A stretch of DNA of 64,000 nt from positions 116,967 through 180,966 of the IMG/VR virus record IMGVR_UViG_3300014208_000025; one strand, given 5' to 3'. The position numbers and the translations under genes were made by a program. The DNA comes from a virus. Its lineage: Duplodnaviria; Heunggongvirae; Uroviricota; Caudoviricetes. Positions 1-10,131 of this stretch are shown one piece after another. Numbering within the stretch: the first letter of the stretch is position 1; each line of letters opens with the position of its first letter. The notes under the pieces are model-generated. The model was not told where the DNA came from, made no database searches, and saw only the letters and a list, made by a program, of their open reading frames with translations.

Positions 1-5
1 CTTGA

Positions 6-3000
6 TTAGGCGTTAGGAAAACTTGCACCACTTGGAAGTATATTGAAATCTAACACAATAAATTCCGCCACACGCGTTGGCTTCAAGTAAATCTGGCCGT
101 ATAGAATGTTACGGTCAACGATGTCTGGTGTATTATTGCTTTCATCCATCTTCACGAAGAAGGCGTATAGACCGCTTCTTTGTTGAACAGATTCCAAATA
201 TGGATTGACGATGCTCAAGAACTTGTTACGTGTTGATGCCACGTTCTGTTCAAACACCAAGAACTTCGAAGTTGAAGCGAAGAACTTTTTGATGTTAATC
301 AACAGACGACGAACGTTTACACGGTCAAGGGCCGACGACTGATTTTGGAGGGTCTTCTGACCCCAAACCACAACTCCCGAACCCGGAAACGCTGCAATTG
401 GGTTGACCTTACCTTCATACAAAGTGTCACGTTCTGCATGAGTGGTTCTGTCCGTAACACCCGTTGCAGTTGAGATTCCACCACGATTCAAACCGGCTGG
501 AGCGAACCATTCGGCAGCAACACGGTCGTTGGCTGCGTAAACGGCTGGCATTACAACGGATGGTGGAACAGTGATAATCTTGTTGTTATTCGTATCCAGA
601 ATCTTAATCCAAGGATAGTAAGTCGCTGCGTAGTTGGTGTCGTATTCGGCAGCATAGGCTACTGTTTCGTCAATTTGACCCGCAGTTGGGTTTCCGTCGT
701 CGGAATACATATCCAATACGAAGAAGCAATCTCCACGACTTTCACACATGTCAACAACCAAGTTGGTGACATATGAATGATGTTGGTGAAGAATACCCGG
801 AACCACAATCAAGTTAATATCAAACTCGTCGGCGTTACCGAGAGCCGTGATGGCCTGATTGTAAGCGATTGAACCCGCCGAACTTACGTTCGTGCAGTCC
901 AAACCTTGAGTATTACCTGGTAAAATGTTACCGCCAACGTTGATTGGAATCGCTGGACTTTGACCATCGAAACCATTCTGGAAACCAAAGACAAACTTAC
1001 GCATCTTGATATAGGTTGGTTCATTCACCGCGTCATATACTACTGGAACTATATTGCTACCACTAAGATATGACCCAGTACCTACACTGTTAATACGGTA
1101 ATCGTCATCCAAAGCAAACACGATGTTACGGCCAATGCTTGGATATGCTCCAAATACTGGCAATGGTGAGAAGTATTCTTTGTTATCACTAGCCGCACCA
1201 ATTCCCGTAGCGGTCACTGGATATAGAGCAAGCAATTCAATATCAGCGCCCGTAGGAGCATCATCGAAAGAAATACCGGATGGATACTTACCCGGATTCA
1301 AGCCATAGACCGATGCCTTGGTGTATTTCATCGTTGGTGTCCATTGACCCGCCGCACTATTTATTGGGGTGGTATAGGCTTCAAATCCATATGGAATAGA
1401 GGTAACTGGGTAAGTTCCGTCATTCATTTCAATACGAATGTGTTTGCTGTTGTTGGTGAAGTCACCGAATTCAATCAATTTGCCGAGGTAGTTAAAATAT
1501 CCGTATTTGTCACCAATGCGTCGAGCAACGAAGTTCGAAGATTCAGGGTCAAGATTACAGTTTTGGAACGATTCCAAAATGACAGGACGCTTATCCGTGT
1601 CACTATATTTGCGAAGAGTCAAGGTGAATGAACCCCAATCTCCGCCGGCCACGGTTCCGGCCAACTTAACGTTGGAGATTTCAATCTTGTAATCGGTGTT
1701 GGTGTTAGTTCCGTCAGCCAAGGTGTGAACCCTAAACAGACGATAACGAGTCGCATCTGAACCACTCTGCCAAGGAGCAATCTTTTGGGATATCACCCAA
1801 GGGGTAAGAGCGTTGGTGATGGAGAATCCACTATCGCCATTGGTCAAATCACGAGAATAAGCATCCGTGAAGTTCAATGGCTCGCCGGCCCAATTTGAAC
1901 CGCTTGGTAGCGGAGCAGCACTTACTTGCCAATGGGTTTTATTGGCTACCACTTCTGCGATAGCATTTTCGAACTTCTTGTAAAGATACGCGGCTTCGAT
2001 CTTTTGGCCTGAGACTTGAATGGCTGGGTCGCCAGCTTGTGGTTCACTACCGAAAACATTTGTGATGTATTTGGTACTATCAGAATCCAACGAGAATTGA
2101 TAGACGCCATAAGAAGATGTGCTGTTCGTGTTCTTGAGAGTCAAGGCGTAATCCAAGGTAACATCGGATGAACCATTGATTAGGCTTGCGGTTGTGAAAG
2201 TAGAACCTTCAAACCCTGGAGCTACTAAATCACTGATTCCAGCATACTGAGTATCAGCCAAAACCGCCAACAAGCGGAAGTCGCCTGAACCAGAAGTCCA
2301 AACGTTCGTGCATGGGTCAAAGGATGGAGTTCCGTTTGCGATGAATGTTCCATTATATGTACCAAAGGAACCTGAAAGGATACCTTTGACTTGAATAGAT
2401 GGAGTTCCACAAGAACCCGTAGTTGCGTAAAACGCACCTGATATTAACGTCAGAGTTGTGTCACCGCCAATACCAACTGAAAAAGTTACCGCCAAGGTTG
2501 GATCAAACGAAGCACTGAATTGACCTGCGGCTACCGAGGATGATAGACTTGAACCCAAATAGTAACTTGGGGTAGCTGTATATGCACTTGCACTTATCAC
2601 TGTGCTGCCCGAATGAGTTTCGCTACGAATTTGGGTTGGAGTTGTGAGAGTTGCGTAGCCAAGTGAAATTGTGTCTCCGGAGTAAAGAACGCTACCACTT
2701 TGAGCCGTAATATCAAAGAGAGCATCAGCCGCTAAGGAATTGAACGTGGTAGTGAGTGACGCACTTGTGAACGTAAGATAACTTGAAGTAAACGAAGAAG
2801 TGCTTTCATTACCAATCGTAAAAGAACTTGAATAAGCAATGGTTTCGGTTACACCAACAGCATAACTATTGGAAATAGAGCCAGAGAAATATGCGTATGA
2901 ACTACCACTGTTCAAGGCACCCGCTGACAACGAACGAACCCAACTACCACTGGAAGCCCAAATGGCAATAGGGAATTTCTGTTGATAACCGGTCAATCCA

Positions 3001-3284
3001 CCCACACGACATACGGTTACTAGTCCACGTTCCTTCAAGTATTCCGCAGCCGTATAAGGGCCGTAAAACACTCCATCCGGCACACCGAATTGGTTTTGGA
3101 GTTCGTTAACATCGGTGAAAAGGGTTGGTTTGAATGCCGCACCTTTTGAGAACGGAGCGACAACGACACCGCCGATGTCGCTCACACCAGCAGCTACACC
3201 GCTCAGGTCGTTCTCTCGCGTAAAAACTCCTGGACTTACCACGCGATTATCTGGACTGAAACGTCCTCCTTCTTGAATAGGCAT
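6..3284 (-). CDS. contractile tail sheath protein (T4 gp18-like), 1092 aa with large inserted S/T-rich domain
   Basis: C-terminal region (VWGQKTL ... DRVNVRRLLI ... YGQIYLKPTRVAEFIVLDF) matches the conserved tail-sheath C-terminal domain. ATG at 3284. Stop at 6-8 lies inside the window. Confidence 0.7.
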   Translation of the reverse strand: MPIQEGGRFSPDNRVVSPGVFTRENDLSGVAAGVSDIGGVVVAPFSKGAAFKPTLFTDVNELQNQFGVPDGVFYGPYTAAEYLKERGLVTVCRVGGLTGYQQKFPIAIWASSGSWVRSLSAGALNSGSSYAYFSGSISNSYAVGVTETIAYSSSFTIGNESTSSFTSSYLTFTSASLTTTFNSLAADALFDITAQSGSVLYSGDTISLGYATLTTPTQIRSETHSGSTVISASAYTATPSYYLGSSLSSSVAAGQFSASFDPTLAVTFSVGIGGDTTLTLISGAFYATTGSCGTPSIQVKGILSGSFGTYNGTFIANGTPSFDPCTNVWTSGSGDFRLLAVLADTQYAGISDLVAPGFEGSTFTTASLINGSSDVTLDYALTLKNTNSTSSYGVYQFSLDSDSTKYITNVFGSEPQAGDPAIQVSGQKIEAAYLYKKFENAIAEVVANKTHWQVSAAPLPSGSNWAGEPLNFTDAYSRDLTNGDSGFSITNALTPWVISQKIAPWQSGSDATRYRLFRVHTLADGTNTNTDYKIEISNVKLAGTVAGGDWGSFTLTLRKYSDTDKRPVILESFQNCNLDPESSNFVARRIGDKYGYFNYLGKLIEFGDFTNNSKHIRIEMNDGTYPVTSIPYGFEAYTTPINSAAGQWTPTMKYTKASVYGLNPGKYPSGISFDDAPTGADIELLALYPVTATGIGAASDNKEYFSPLPVFGAYPSIGRNIVFALDDDYRINSVGTGSYLSGSNIVPVVYDAVNEPTYIKMRKFVFGFQNGFDGQSPAIPINVGGNILPGNTQGLDCTNVSSAGSIAYNQAITALGNADEFDINLIVVPGILHQHHSYVTNLVVDMCESRGDCFFVLDMYSDDGNPTAGQIDETVAYAAEYDTNYAATYYPWIKILDTNNNKIITVPPSVVMPAVYAANDRVAAEWFAPAGLNRGGISTATGVTDRTTHAERDTLYEGKVNPIAAFPGSGVVVWGQKTLQNQSSALDRVNVRRLLINIKKFFASTSKFLVFEQNVASTRNKFLSIVNPYLESVQQRSGLYAFFVKMDESNNTPDIVDRNILYGQIYLKPTRVAEFIVLDFNILPSGASFPNA

Positions 3285-3408
3285 TGTATTATTCCTTGTT
3301 TAATGTGACTATTGACCACATAATGTTGTTAAATTCTATGTTCATATTTACCCAAAACCCATCAAATGAACTCAAATATAAATATGATTAACTTTTTGGA
3401 AAGTCAAA

Positions 3409-4311
3409 TTATTTGGAAACAAGTTTCCACCCTTTATATTCTGGTATTTCATTTCTAACCATTCGCATGAAATTTTTGTATTCAATATGATTATTTAAAC
3501 AAAATTTATATGTTCCATTAACATTTTTTGTGACTCCGAACGGAGTTATAACCGAAACAGAAATGGCCCTTTTACTAATATGATTTTTATAATAATTTAA
3601 CAACGACATTTTTTGTTTTTTAATCCGTTCGGCAGTTAATGATTTTTGTGTATTTTGTAAATGTTTCTTCTTATATTCTTTATTTTCCCACCATTTATTT
3701 CCTGCCCGTATTTTTTCTTGAGCATTGCTAGGTTGACCATTAAACCAGAATTTCATTTTATTAACATGTTCTTTGCATTTCTCTTCCGTCCAATATACCT
3801 TCATTTTTTCTTTTTGTTTCTTTTTCTGTTCCTCGGACACTATATGTCCGCAACATCCATCTCCACCATATGTGCAGTTATACCCGTTATGTTTAGTGTT
3901 ATAATAAGCAATAAAACATTCTTCCAGATTTATCAGTTTGGATTTGTCGGCAACGAGAATTAGTTGGTGAACATTAAAATTTTGAATTCCATATTTGTTA
4001 ACAGCGTTAAACAATTTTTTAAGATTTTCATGCTTTCCGTTCTTGAATGCTCTCTTTTCTTCATAAACCCGCCGGTATAAATTATTTGCTCTACCCACAT
4101 ACATTTTATTGTTTATTTTGTTAATCCAAACATAAATTCCAGATGTTGTAGAGTTCCATTTTAACATCATTTTATTGTTTGACATTACCAACGGAAAAGA
4201 TGAAGGAGAAACGTTCAATCCATTCCAATTGTAATTTTTAAGATAATTTATCGATTCAAGTTTATTCATAATACCAGGACTAACTATTCGGTCATATGAA
4301 TAAATATCCAC
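3409..4311 (-). CDS. GIY-YIG homing endonuclease
   Basis: GIYVWINKINNKMYVGRANNLYRRV...E motif (GIY...YVG...R...E). Confidence 0.8.
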   Translation of the reverse strand: MDIYSYDRIVSPGIMNKLESINYLKNYNWNGLNVSPSSFPLVMSNNKMMLKWNSTTSGIYVWINKINNKMYVGRANNLYRRVYEEKRAFKNGKHENLKKLFNAVNKYGIQNFNVHQLILVADKSKLINLEECFIAYYNTKHNGYNCTYGGDGCCGHIVSEEQKKKQKEKMKVYWTEEKCKEHVNKMKFWFNGQPSNAQEKIRAGNKWWENKEYKKKHLQNTQKSLTAERIKKQKMSLLNYYKNHISKRAISVSVITPFGVTKNVNGTYKFCLNNHIEYKNFMRMVRNEIPEYKGWKLVSK

Positions 4312-4345
4312 GGACTTTTGAAAACATCATTCTTTTCAAGAAGTC

Positions 4346-4630
4346 TTAACCAACCTTCTTTTCAGGGATAAATTCTCCTTTAGATAAATCAAGATTTCCT
4401 TCCCCATACTTCTTCAAGATGGCTTCAATAATGTCATTCTCTTGTTTTTGAAGACTCCGCCATTCCTCTTGAAGCTGGCTTTCTCGGTCGGTAATGGCTT
4501 TGATGGCTGCATCCACGGCCAGTTTTTCAATGTAAAGACCGCCAAATTGGAAACGCACATCTTGAAACTTCGTTTGTACCGTGCGAACCGTGTTCAGTTC
4601 TTCTTCTGTAATTTTGATTTTTTCACTCAT
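4346..4630 (-). CDS. hypothetical protein, predicted coiled coil
   Basis: ORF with heptad-like charged/hydrophobic pattern. No recognisable motif. Confidence 0.3.
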   Translation of the reverse strand: MSEKIKITEEELNTVRTVQTKFQDVRFQFGGLYIEKLAVDAAIKAITDRESQLQEEWRSLQKQENDIIEAILKKYGEGNLDLSKGEFIPEKKVG

Positions 4631-4649
4631 ATGTTTGTTTGTAACCTAC

Positions 4650-4823
4650 TTAAAATATTGTTGACCGTCTGCGAGCCGTAACTATCGGTGGTGTTGGAGC
4701 TGCACTTTCATCCACATCAACGATTGGAACACCATTATCCCAAATAGAAAATTCGGAATTACCAATTGTTACAACTGGAACCATATTATCCCAAACTACC
4801 AATTCGTTAGTTTGCGTTGGCAT
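4650..4823 (-). CDS. small hypothetical protein (57 aa) with internal WDNxVPxV repeat
   Basis: Unlisted ORF found by hand translation. ATG 4 nt after the stop of the upstream gene. Repeat VVWDNMVPVVT / SIWDNGVPIVD. Confidence 0.25.
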   Translation of the reverse strand: MPTQTNELVVWDNMVPVVTIGNSEFSIWDNGVPIVDVDESAAPTPPIVTARRRSTIF

Positions 4824-4827
4824 ACTT

Positions 4828-5364
4828 TTAAGTTGTTACTATATGGTCAAATAACGCCGGACAATTTATTGTTTGACAATTATTCCACAATTCAACCCAT
4901 ATCATTCCGGAACCTGTTGGGGCCACCGTTACCGGCCCAACCGTTACCCAACCGCTGCCTGCAGGTGCCGAGCCAGAAACGTCATTGTTAATACCTATGA
5001 TTGAATTGGCTTTTACGACCACACTTGGTCTTTGGGTTGAATCTGTTTGCTTGGCCAACAATGATACCATATGTGATCCTGATGTTACACTCCAACGAAA
5101 TCTCCAAAATCCCGGTATATTTAATTGTAAACTTGGAACTGACGGACTTCCATCTGCTAAACTTTGTGTTACTCCTACTTGTAAATGTCTTCCAAATGTT
5201 CCATCTCCATAAATACTTGATGGTCCACCTAAACATATTCCCTGTGGAGCCGAACCAAAGGTTCTAGGCAAGCTTATATCGGATTTAATTCCAGAAAATG
5301 ATTGCATCATGCCCGACTTGTTTCCATTCGGCATTGACCCACTTAATGCAATATCACTATTCAT
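4828..5364 (-). CDS. hypothetical virion structural protein
   Basis: Sits in the tail/fibre gene block. G/S/T-rich. Confidence 0.3.
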   Translation of the reverse strand: MNSDIALSGSMPNGNKSGMMQSFSGIKSDISLPRTFGSAPQGICLGGPSSIYGDGTFGRHLQVGVTQSLADGSPSVPSLQLNIPGFWRFRWSVTSGSHMVSLLAKQTDSTQRPSVVVKANSIIGINNDVSGSAPAGSGWVTVGPVTVAPTGSGMIWVELWNNCQTINCPALFDHIVTT

Positions 5365-5366
5365 GA

Positions 5367-6368
5367 TTAGTTTGTTTCTACTGTTGCCGATGTTTCTAGT
5401 AAATATACCCCCGCGTTTCCACTTGTTTTTATTATTCTAAAAGTTTTTCCAGAAAAGTCACCAGACCCTACAAAGGTCTGCCCATCAGTAACGTTAGTTA
5501 TCGCATGTAAGAAATGATAGAAACCTCGCATCCTTCCTCTAATAGTGCTAGTAGTAGATTGAGTAACCCATACCGGACTTATGTAAAGTGCAGTATCAAC
5601 AGGATTTGGAAAAGTTGTAGTACCTAATAAAACGGTGGCGCTACCCTTTGATGAATCTCCATGTTTACCCATTGCAATACTTGTTCCAATACCAGTATAA
5701 GATCGTGGAGAAAAATGGCCTGTTGCCACCGCAGAAATAGTACTAAGAACATCGGTTTTATCAACTGTAACCGTCGCCGAATTTTCAGTAATTCTTCCTG
5801 TCAACAAACACCGATAAGAATCCGCACTACCACTTTTCAAAGCATAAAAATCTCCAAACGAAAAAGCTAATTGATTGGCCGCATTATCTCCAGTATAAAC
5901 AAACGCATAAAAACTGCTTGAATCAGCAAATATTGTCCACGGTCTTATTGTTCCATCGGTTGTGTTTGATACTCTAGCAATAAGATATCCGGATTGATTT
6001 GTGCCGCCGGGACTAACCGGCAGGGATAAAGCCTGAGAGGCTGATGGGAAACTATTGCTGCCCGTAGGAAAGCCGCCTAAAATACTTGTGACCGATTCAA
6101 AACCCGCAATCCGAGCTTCTTTAGTACCTCCCGTTCCAGACGCATTGTTTTGAATAAATAATGTCATCATTGACCCCGTTCCTTGAGTAATGCAACCACA
6201 ACTTCCGGTGTCGGGAAATGGTTTTGTCCAACCCGCCCCAGCGGTTGCCCCATAACCAGTAACCAAACATGCATTCAAAACATTCAACATTGAACCGGTT
6301 GCTGAACCTGACATTACAGGAGCGCCTGCATCTATTGATTGAAATAATCGGAGTTGGGAATTTGCCAT
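5367..6368 (-). CDS. hypothetical structural protein, tandem paralog A
   Basis: N-terminus (MANSQLRLFQSIDAGAP) and C-terminus (GKTFRIIK...VETN) are shared with the adjacent gene. Confidence 0.4.
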   Translation of the reverse strand: MANSQLRLFQSIDAGAPVMSGSATGSMLNVLNACLVTGYGATAGAGWTKPFPDTGSCGCITQGTGSMMTLFIQNNASGTGGTKEARIAGFESVTSILGGFPTGSNSFPSASQALSLPVSPGGTNQSGYLIARVSNTTDGTIRPWTIFADSSSFYAFVYTGDNAANQLAFSFGDFYALKSGSADSYRCLLTGRITENSATVTVDKTDVLSTISAVATGHFSPRSYTGIGTSIAMGKHGDSSKGSATVLLGTTTFPNPVDTALYISPVWVTQSTTSTIRGRMRGFYHFLHAITNVTDGQTFVGSGDFSGKTFRIIKTSGNAGVYLLETSATVETN

Positions 6369-6374
6369 AATATA

Positions 6375-7400
6375 TTAATTGGTTTCTACCGTATTACTTA
6401 TTTCTATTGCCCAATAACCGGCATTAGGTCCCGATTTAACAATCATAAAAGTTTTGCCAACAAAATCATTGGCTCCAGCAAAAGTTTGTCCATCTGAGAA
6501 ATTGGCAACAGGATGACAAACATGATAGATTCCTCTTAACCTACCTCGTATATGAGAAGCATATTCTGCTATTCTTATAGGAGACAAATAAAATGAATTG
6601 TCTGGACCATTAGGAGCTATGAGACTTCCGACGGAAGGTTGAGAAGTTGTCATCACCGAGGTTCCTCCCATAGAAGCGTCGCCTAATCTCACCAATTGAA
6701 CACTTGAGCCACCGCCGCCAAATCCACGAGTTAACCAACCATGTTGACAACTCGCAGCAGGTAAATTCGAAGCTAATGACCCCAATACATCCCAATCTGA
6801 TATGCCAGCCGCGGCGCTGTTTTCTGCGTTCCGGCCTGAAATATGGCATCGAAAAATATCCGAACTTCCTCTGAGAGAAAACACATTTCCGAAAGATGCA
6901 CCCACATACTCTCCAACACTATCTCCAGAAGATATGAATAAATACATTGTATAAGCATCCGCAAATATTTGCCAATATCTCTCAATATCGGTTGCAGTAG
7001 CACTTTTTCTTACTACTACATGACCCGTTGTTAAAAGTTGTGCAGGAGTTGGAAATTGTCCATTACCAGCACCAACCGAACCTGTCATATTTCCACCTGC
7101 AATAGAACCGGTAGCATTCGTTAAATTTTCCCAACCAACGAACCATGCTTCTTTCCCAACCGCCGCATTAATTGGTCCCATATCATTCAAAAATAAAGTC
7201 ATTTTTGAACCTGACGCAGGCATATATCCGGTTAAACTTCCTGTGGTAGTAAGTGCTCTTGACCATCCTGCTGAAGTTTTGGTTCCATAACCATTTATTA
7301 ACACTGCATCCAATACAGTTAATAAACTACCTGTTAGCCCGTTTAATTGGGGCGCTCCAAGGTCGTTACTCGTATAAATTGTGAATTGTGAATTTGCCAT
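6375..7400 (-). CDS. hypothetical structural protein, tandem paralog B
   Basis: MANSQFTIYTSNDLGAP ... GKTFMIVK...VETN. Paralog of 5367-6368. Confidence 0.4.
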   Translation of the reverse strand: MANSQFTIYTSNDLGAPQLNGLTGSLLTVLDAVLINGYGTKTSAGWSRALTTTGSLTGYMPASGSKMTLFLNDMGPINAAVGKEAWFVGWENLTNATGSIAGGNMTGSVGAGNGQFPTPAQLLTTGHVVVRKSATATDIERYWQIFADAYTMYLFISSGDSVGEYVGASFGNVFSLRGSSDIFRCHISGRNAENSAAAGISDWDVLGSLASNLPAASCQHGWLTRGFGGGGSSVQLVRLGDASMGGTSVMTTSQPSVGSLIAPNGPDNSFYLSPIRIAEYASHIRGRLRGIYHVCHPVANFSDGQTFAGANDFVGKTFMIVKSGPNAGYWAIEISNTVETN

Positions 7401-7433
7401 ATTTTATTCTTATCCTTGTTTATACATATTTGA

Positions 7434-10064
7434 TTATCGTGCTATTTCAGTTATTATAGTCCAGTTCGACGCATCCCCAACGGTTATTACATTGAAACGA
7501 ATTTTATCTCCTGAATTTATATTACCTATAGACCCCGTAAATGTTTCATAGGAACTTGATGGTAAAATGATATTCCCCAAACTAATTGCGGAAAATGCAG
7601 TTGAAACAACAGATTTCTCAATAATAACCGAGGATGAAATACTTCCCGACGTTTGAACTCTAAAATTCAAACGGCTGACCGACCAAGATAACGGAGTCGT
7701 TCCATTAACATCATAAGGAATAACAAGTTCTGCCGCGTCCGCTCCGGTTGCTGTCGGCGTATAGGCAGTACACAATACAAGTGACCTGCCAATAGGAACA
7801 TAGGATGCACTTAAAGATGCTGACGCCCATGACGATGAAACGGAAGTATCAGATGGTGTTGCCGGAGCCCACGAGGCTGATATGGCTTGACTTGAAGTAA
7901 TTTGATAAGTTCCGACGTTTAGAAAAGAAGCGGTATAAGATGAACTAGCCCAACTCGCCGAAACTGCCGTTAAGGATGTTATCGAATTATTGGACCAACT
8001 AGACGTTCCAAATAAAGATCCCGTAATACTTCCACTCACTATTAAGACATGTGAAATAGTTGTCGAGCCCGAAATATCCAATGCTACTTGAGGATTGAGT
8101 TTACGAATGCCAACATTTCCGACCGTCAATGAACCGCTCGTTCCGAAAATAAAATTTCCATCAGTATTGGTGTTTGGAGTGCCTTTACCGGCGACGAAAT
8201 ATACACTTGAACCGGACCCCGTTCCTTTAGTATTTGTAACATTCGCCCCCAAGAAAAAAACATTCCCTGAATTGCTGGCAGTGACCCCGCTATTTGTGTT
8301 TGAAATACCGGGGGTAAAAGTAATATCACCCGGTCGTCCACTAGTATTTGACACACCGGAACCATTAGCATTGCCACCAACACCACCCACGAAAATAATA
8401 TTCCCAGCGGTTCCTCCAACATTAGGAAGTGACCCGGATCCCAGATTGGGACCCCCCTGACCTGCGGAAAAATAAATATCGCCTCCTGTGCCAGCCGTAT
8501 GTCCTGATAGGTTTCCGGTTGTAGAACTAACCGCTACGGAACCACCTTGGCCGCCATAAAATCCCAGTGCCCCAGCAGTACCTCCCCGGGAACCACTCGC
8601 ATTAACATTCCCTCCGAATCCCGTTGATATTATTATGCCTCCGCTAGTTCCGTTTGAATTTTGACCGGAACTACTAACATTCAAGATACTGCCACCATTT
8701 CCGGTCAAAATATTTATTCCACCACCAGAACCACCGGTAGTTGTTATACCGCCAACACAATTTCCCGCACTGCCACCTGCTGCTGTAACTATCCGAATGG
8801 CGCCGCCGTCGCCGCCTGTGTTTCCAACTCCATGACCCCCGGTGCTCGCAGTAGAATAGGCGTTTCCCCCGAAGCCTGTAGTTAAATACAAAATTCCGCC
8901 CGCACCTGCCGTACCTGCAATGGAACCACTTGGAACATTACGGTCGGAGCCAGCTCCAGTTGTGAGAGTTATACCACCACCAACAAACCCGGCATCCCCC
9001 ACATTGGAGAAAGCAGTTGACGAGGATATTGTTAAATTATTGCCCGCTGAACCAGTTGTCATATTTTGAAGTCTAATAACCCGATCATTACCTATCGCCT
9101 CCGGAAAAATAATATTACCATTCAGGGTCACTCCATTACTAAGCGATTCAGTAGTGTTAATACTTACATTACTATAGGCCGAATAAATACTGCTACCCGA
9201 AGCATACCAAGGATACGATGATGTATCACTGTTACCGGCATAACTAGCACTGGTTACTGTTCCAATAATATTTGAAGCAGTAATATAAGAGGCACTTAAA
9301 GACATTGCAGACCAAGAAGCGGATACCGCTTGACTTGCGGTAATCTGATATGTATCAATCGGTAAAAATGATGCGGTGTAGGAGGAACTAGCCCAAGAGG
9401 AAGAAATGGAATCGAGGCTGGGTGCCCATGAAGCCGATACCGACCAACTTGAGGTAACGGGAACCAATGACGCCGTTTCAAGAGCCGAACCTCCGGGTGC
9501 CCAAGAAGCTGATATTGACCAACTAGCTGAATCCGCATGCGATGAACTGACTGTTTGACTTGAAGTAATCGGATAGGTGTTGATGGGAAGATACGAAGCC
9601 GTGTAAGATGCACTAGCCCATGAAGCAGATAGAGCTACTTTGGATTTTTCTGACCATGAAGCTGAAACCGCCTGACTGGCCGTAATCGGAACTAAAGAAG
9701 CCGTTGCTAACGTTGAAACGTCAGGAGCCCACGAAGCAGAAACGGCCCAACTTGCTGTTATAGGAACAAGTGACGCGGTTTCAAGAGCCGAACCACCGGG
9801 AGCCCAAGAAGCCGAAACGGCCCAGCTTGCGGTGATTGGAACTAAAGAGGCAGTTTCAAGACTTGACCCTCCCCCGCCTCCAGAACCAGATGGTGAAAAA
9901 AGGGTATAGAAAGAAGCCGAGTTAGCGACGGTGATGTTTCCAGTCGCATCAAGATAGGGGATTAAAAGCGTGCCTGATACATGGATTTCACCATAGGCCG
10001 AATTGAGACTGTCTCGCTGAACAAAGACAACATCTCTTTGACTGACTGGATTGGTTATAGCCAT
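7434..10064 (-). CDS. tail fibre protein with tandem SASWA-type repeats and Gly-rich beta-helix-like region
   Basis: Many repeats of ETASLVPITASWAVSASWAP. Long G/S/T stretches. Lies next to other tail genes. Confidence 0.55.
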   Translation of the reverse strand: MAITNPVSQRDVVFVQRDSLNSAYGEIHVSGTLLIPYLDATGNITVANSASFYTLFSPSGSGGGGGSSLETASLVPITASWAVSASWAPGGSALETASLVPITASWAVSASWAPDVSTLATASLVPITASQAVSASWSEKSKVALSASWASASYTASYLPINTYPITSSQTVSSSHADSASWSISASWAPGGSALETASLVPVTSSWSVSASWAPSLDSISSSWASSSYTASFLPIDTYQITASQAVSASWSAMSLSASYITASNIIGTVTSASYAGNSDTSSYPWYASGSSIYSAYSNVSINTTESLSNGVTLNGNIIFPEAIGNDRVIRLQNMTTGSAGNNLTISSSTAFSNVGDAGFVGGGITLTTGAGSDRNVPSGSIAGTAGAGGILYLTTGFGGNAYSTASTGGHGVGNTGGDGGAIRIVTAAGGSAGNCVGGITTTGGSGGGINILTGNGGSILNVSSSGQNSNGTSGGIIISTGFGGNVNASGSRGGTAGALGFYGGQGGSVAVSSTTGNLSGHTAGTGGDIYFSAGQGGPNLGSGSLPNVGGTAGNIIFVGGVGGNANGSGVSNTSGRPGDITFTPGISNTNSGVTASNSGNVFFLGANVTNTKGTGSGSSVYFVAGKGTPNTNTDGNFIFGTSGSLTVGNVGIRKLNPQVALDISGSTTISHVLIVSGSITGSLFGTSSWSNNSITSLTAVSASWASSSYTASFLNVGTYQITSSQAISASWAPATPSDTSVSSSWASASLSASYVPIGRSLVLCTAYTPTATGADAAELVIPYDVNGTTPLSWSVSRLNFRVQTSGSISSSVIIEKSVVSTAFSAISLGNIILPSSSYETFTGSIGNINSGDKIRFNVITVGDASNWTIITEIAR

Positions 10065-10131
10065 TTATACATCTTTCTTCCCAATAAATAGGAATGGGTG
10101 ATGTTATTTGATGAAGACAAACAAATAAGAT

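Noticed and set aside
1123-1692. Short plus-strand ORFs (1123-1308, 1344-1631, 1507-1692) inside the tail sheath gene, and similar nested ORFs inside other large genes (8095-8460, 9296-9613, 16968-17240, 31781-32017 and others)
   Set aside because: They lie entirely inside long ORFs with clear protein-family signals, on the opposite strand or in other frames, and have no motifs. Treated as chance ORFs.
3375-3382. Plus-strand TATAAATA as a T4-type late promoter (also 13627, 24862, 46171)
   Set aside because: Orientation is antisense to all neighbouring genes. Kept only as part of the octamer-pattern finding, not annotated as promoters.
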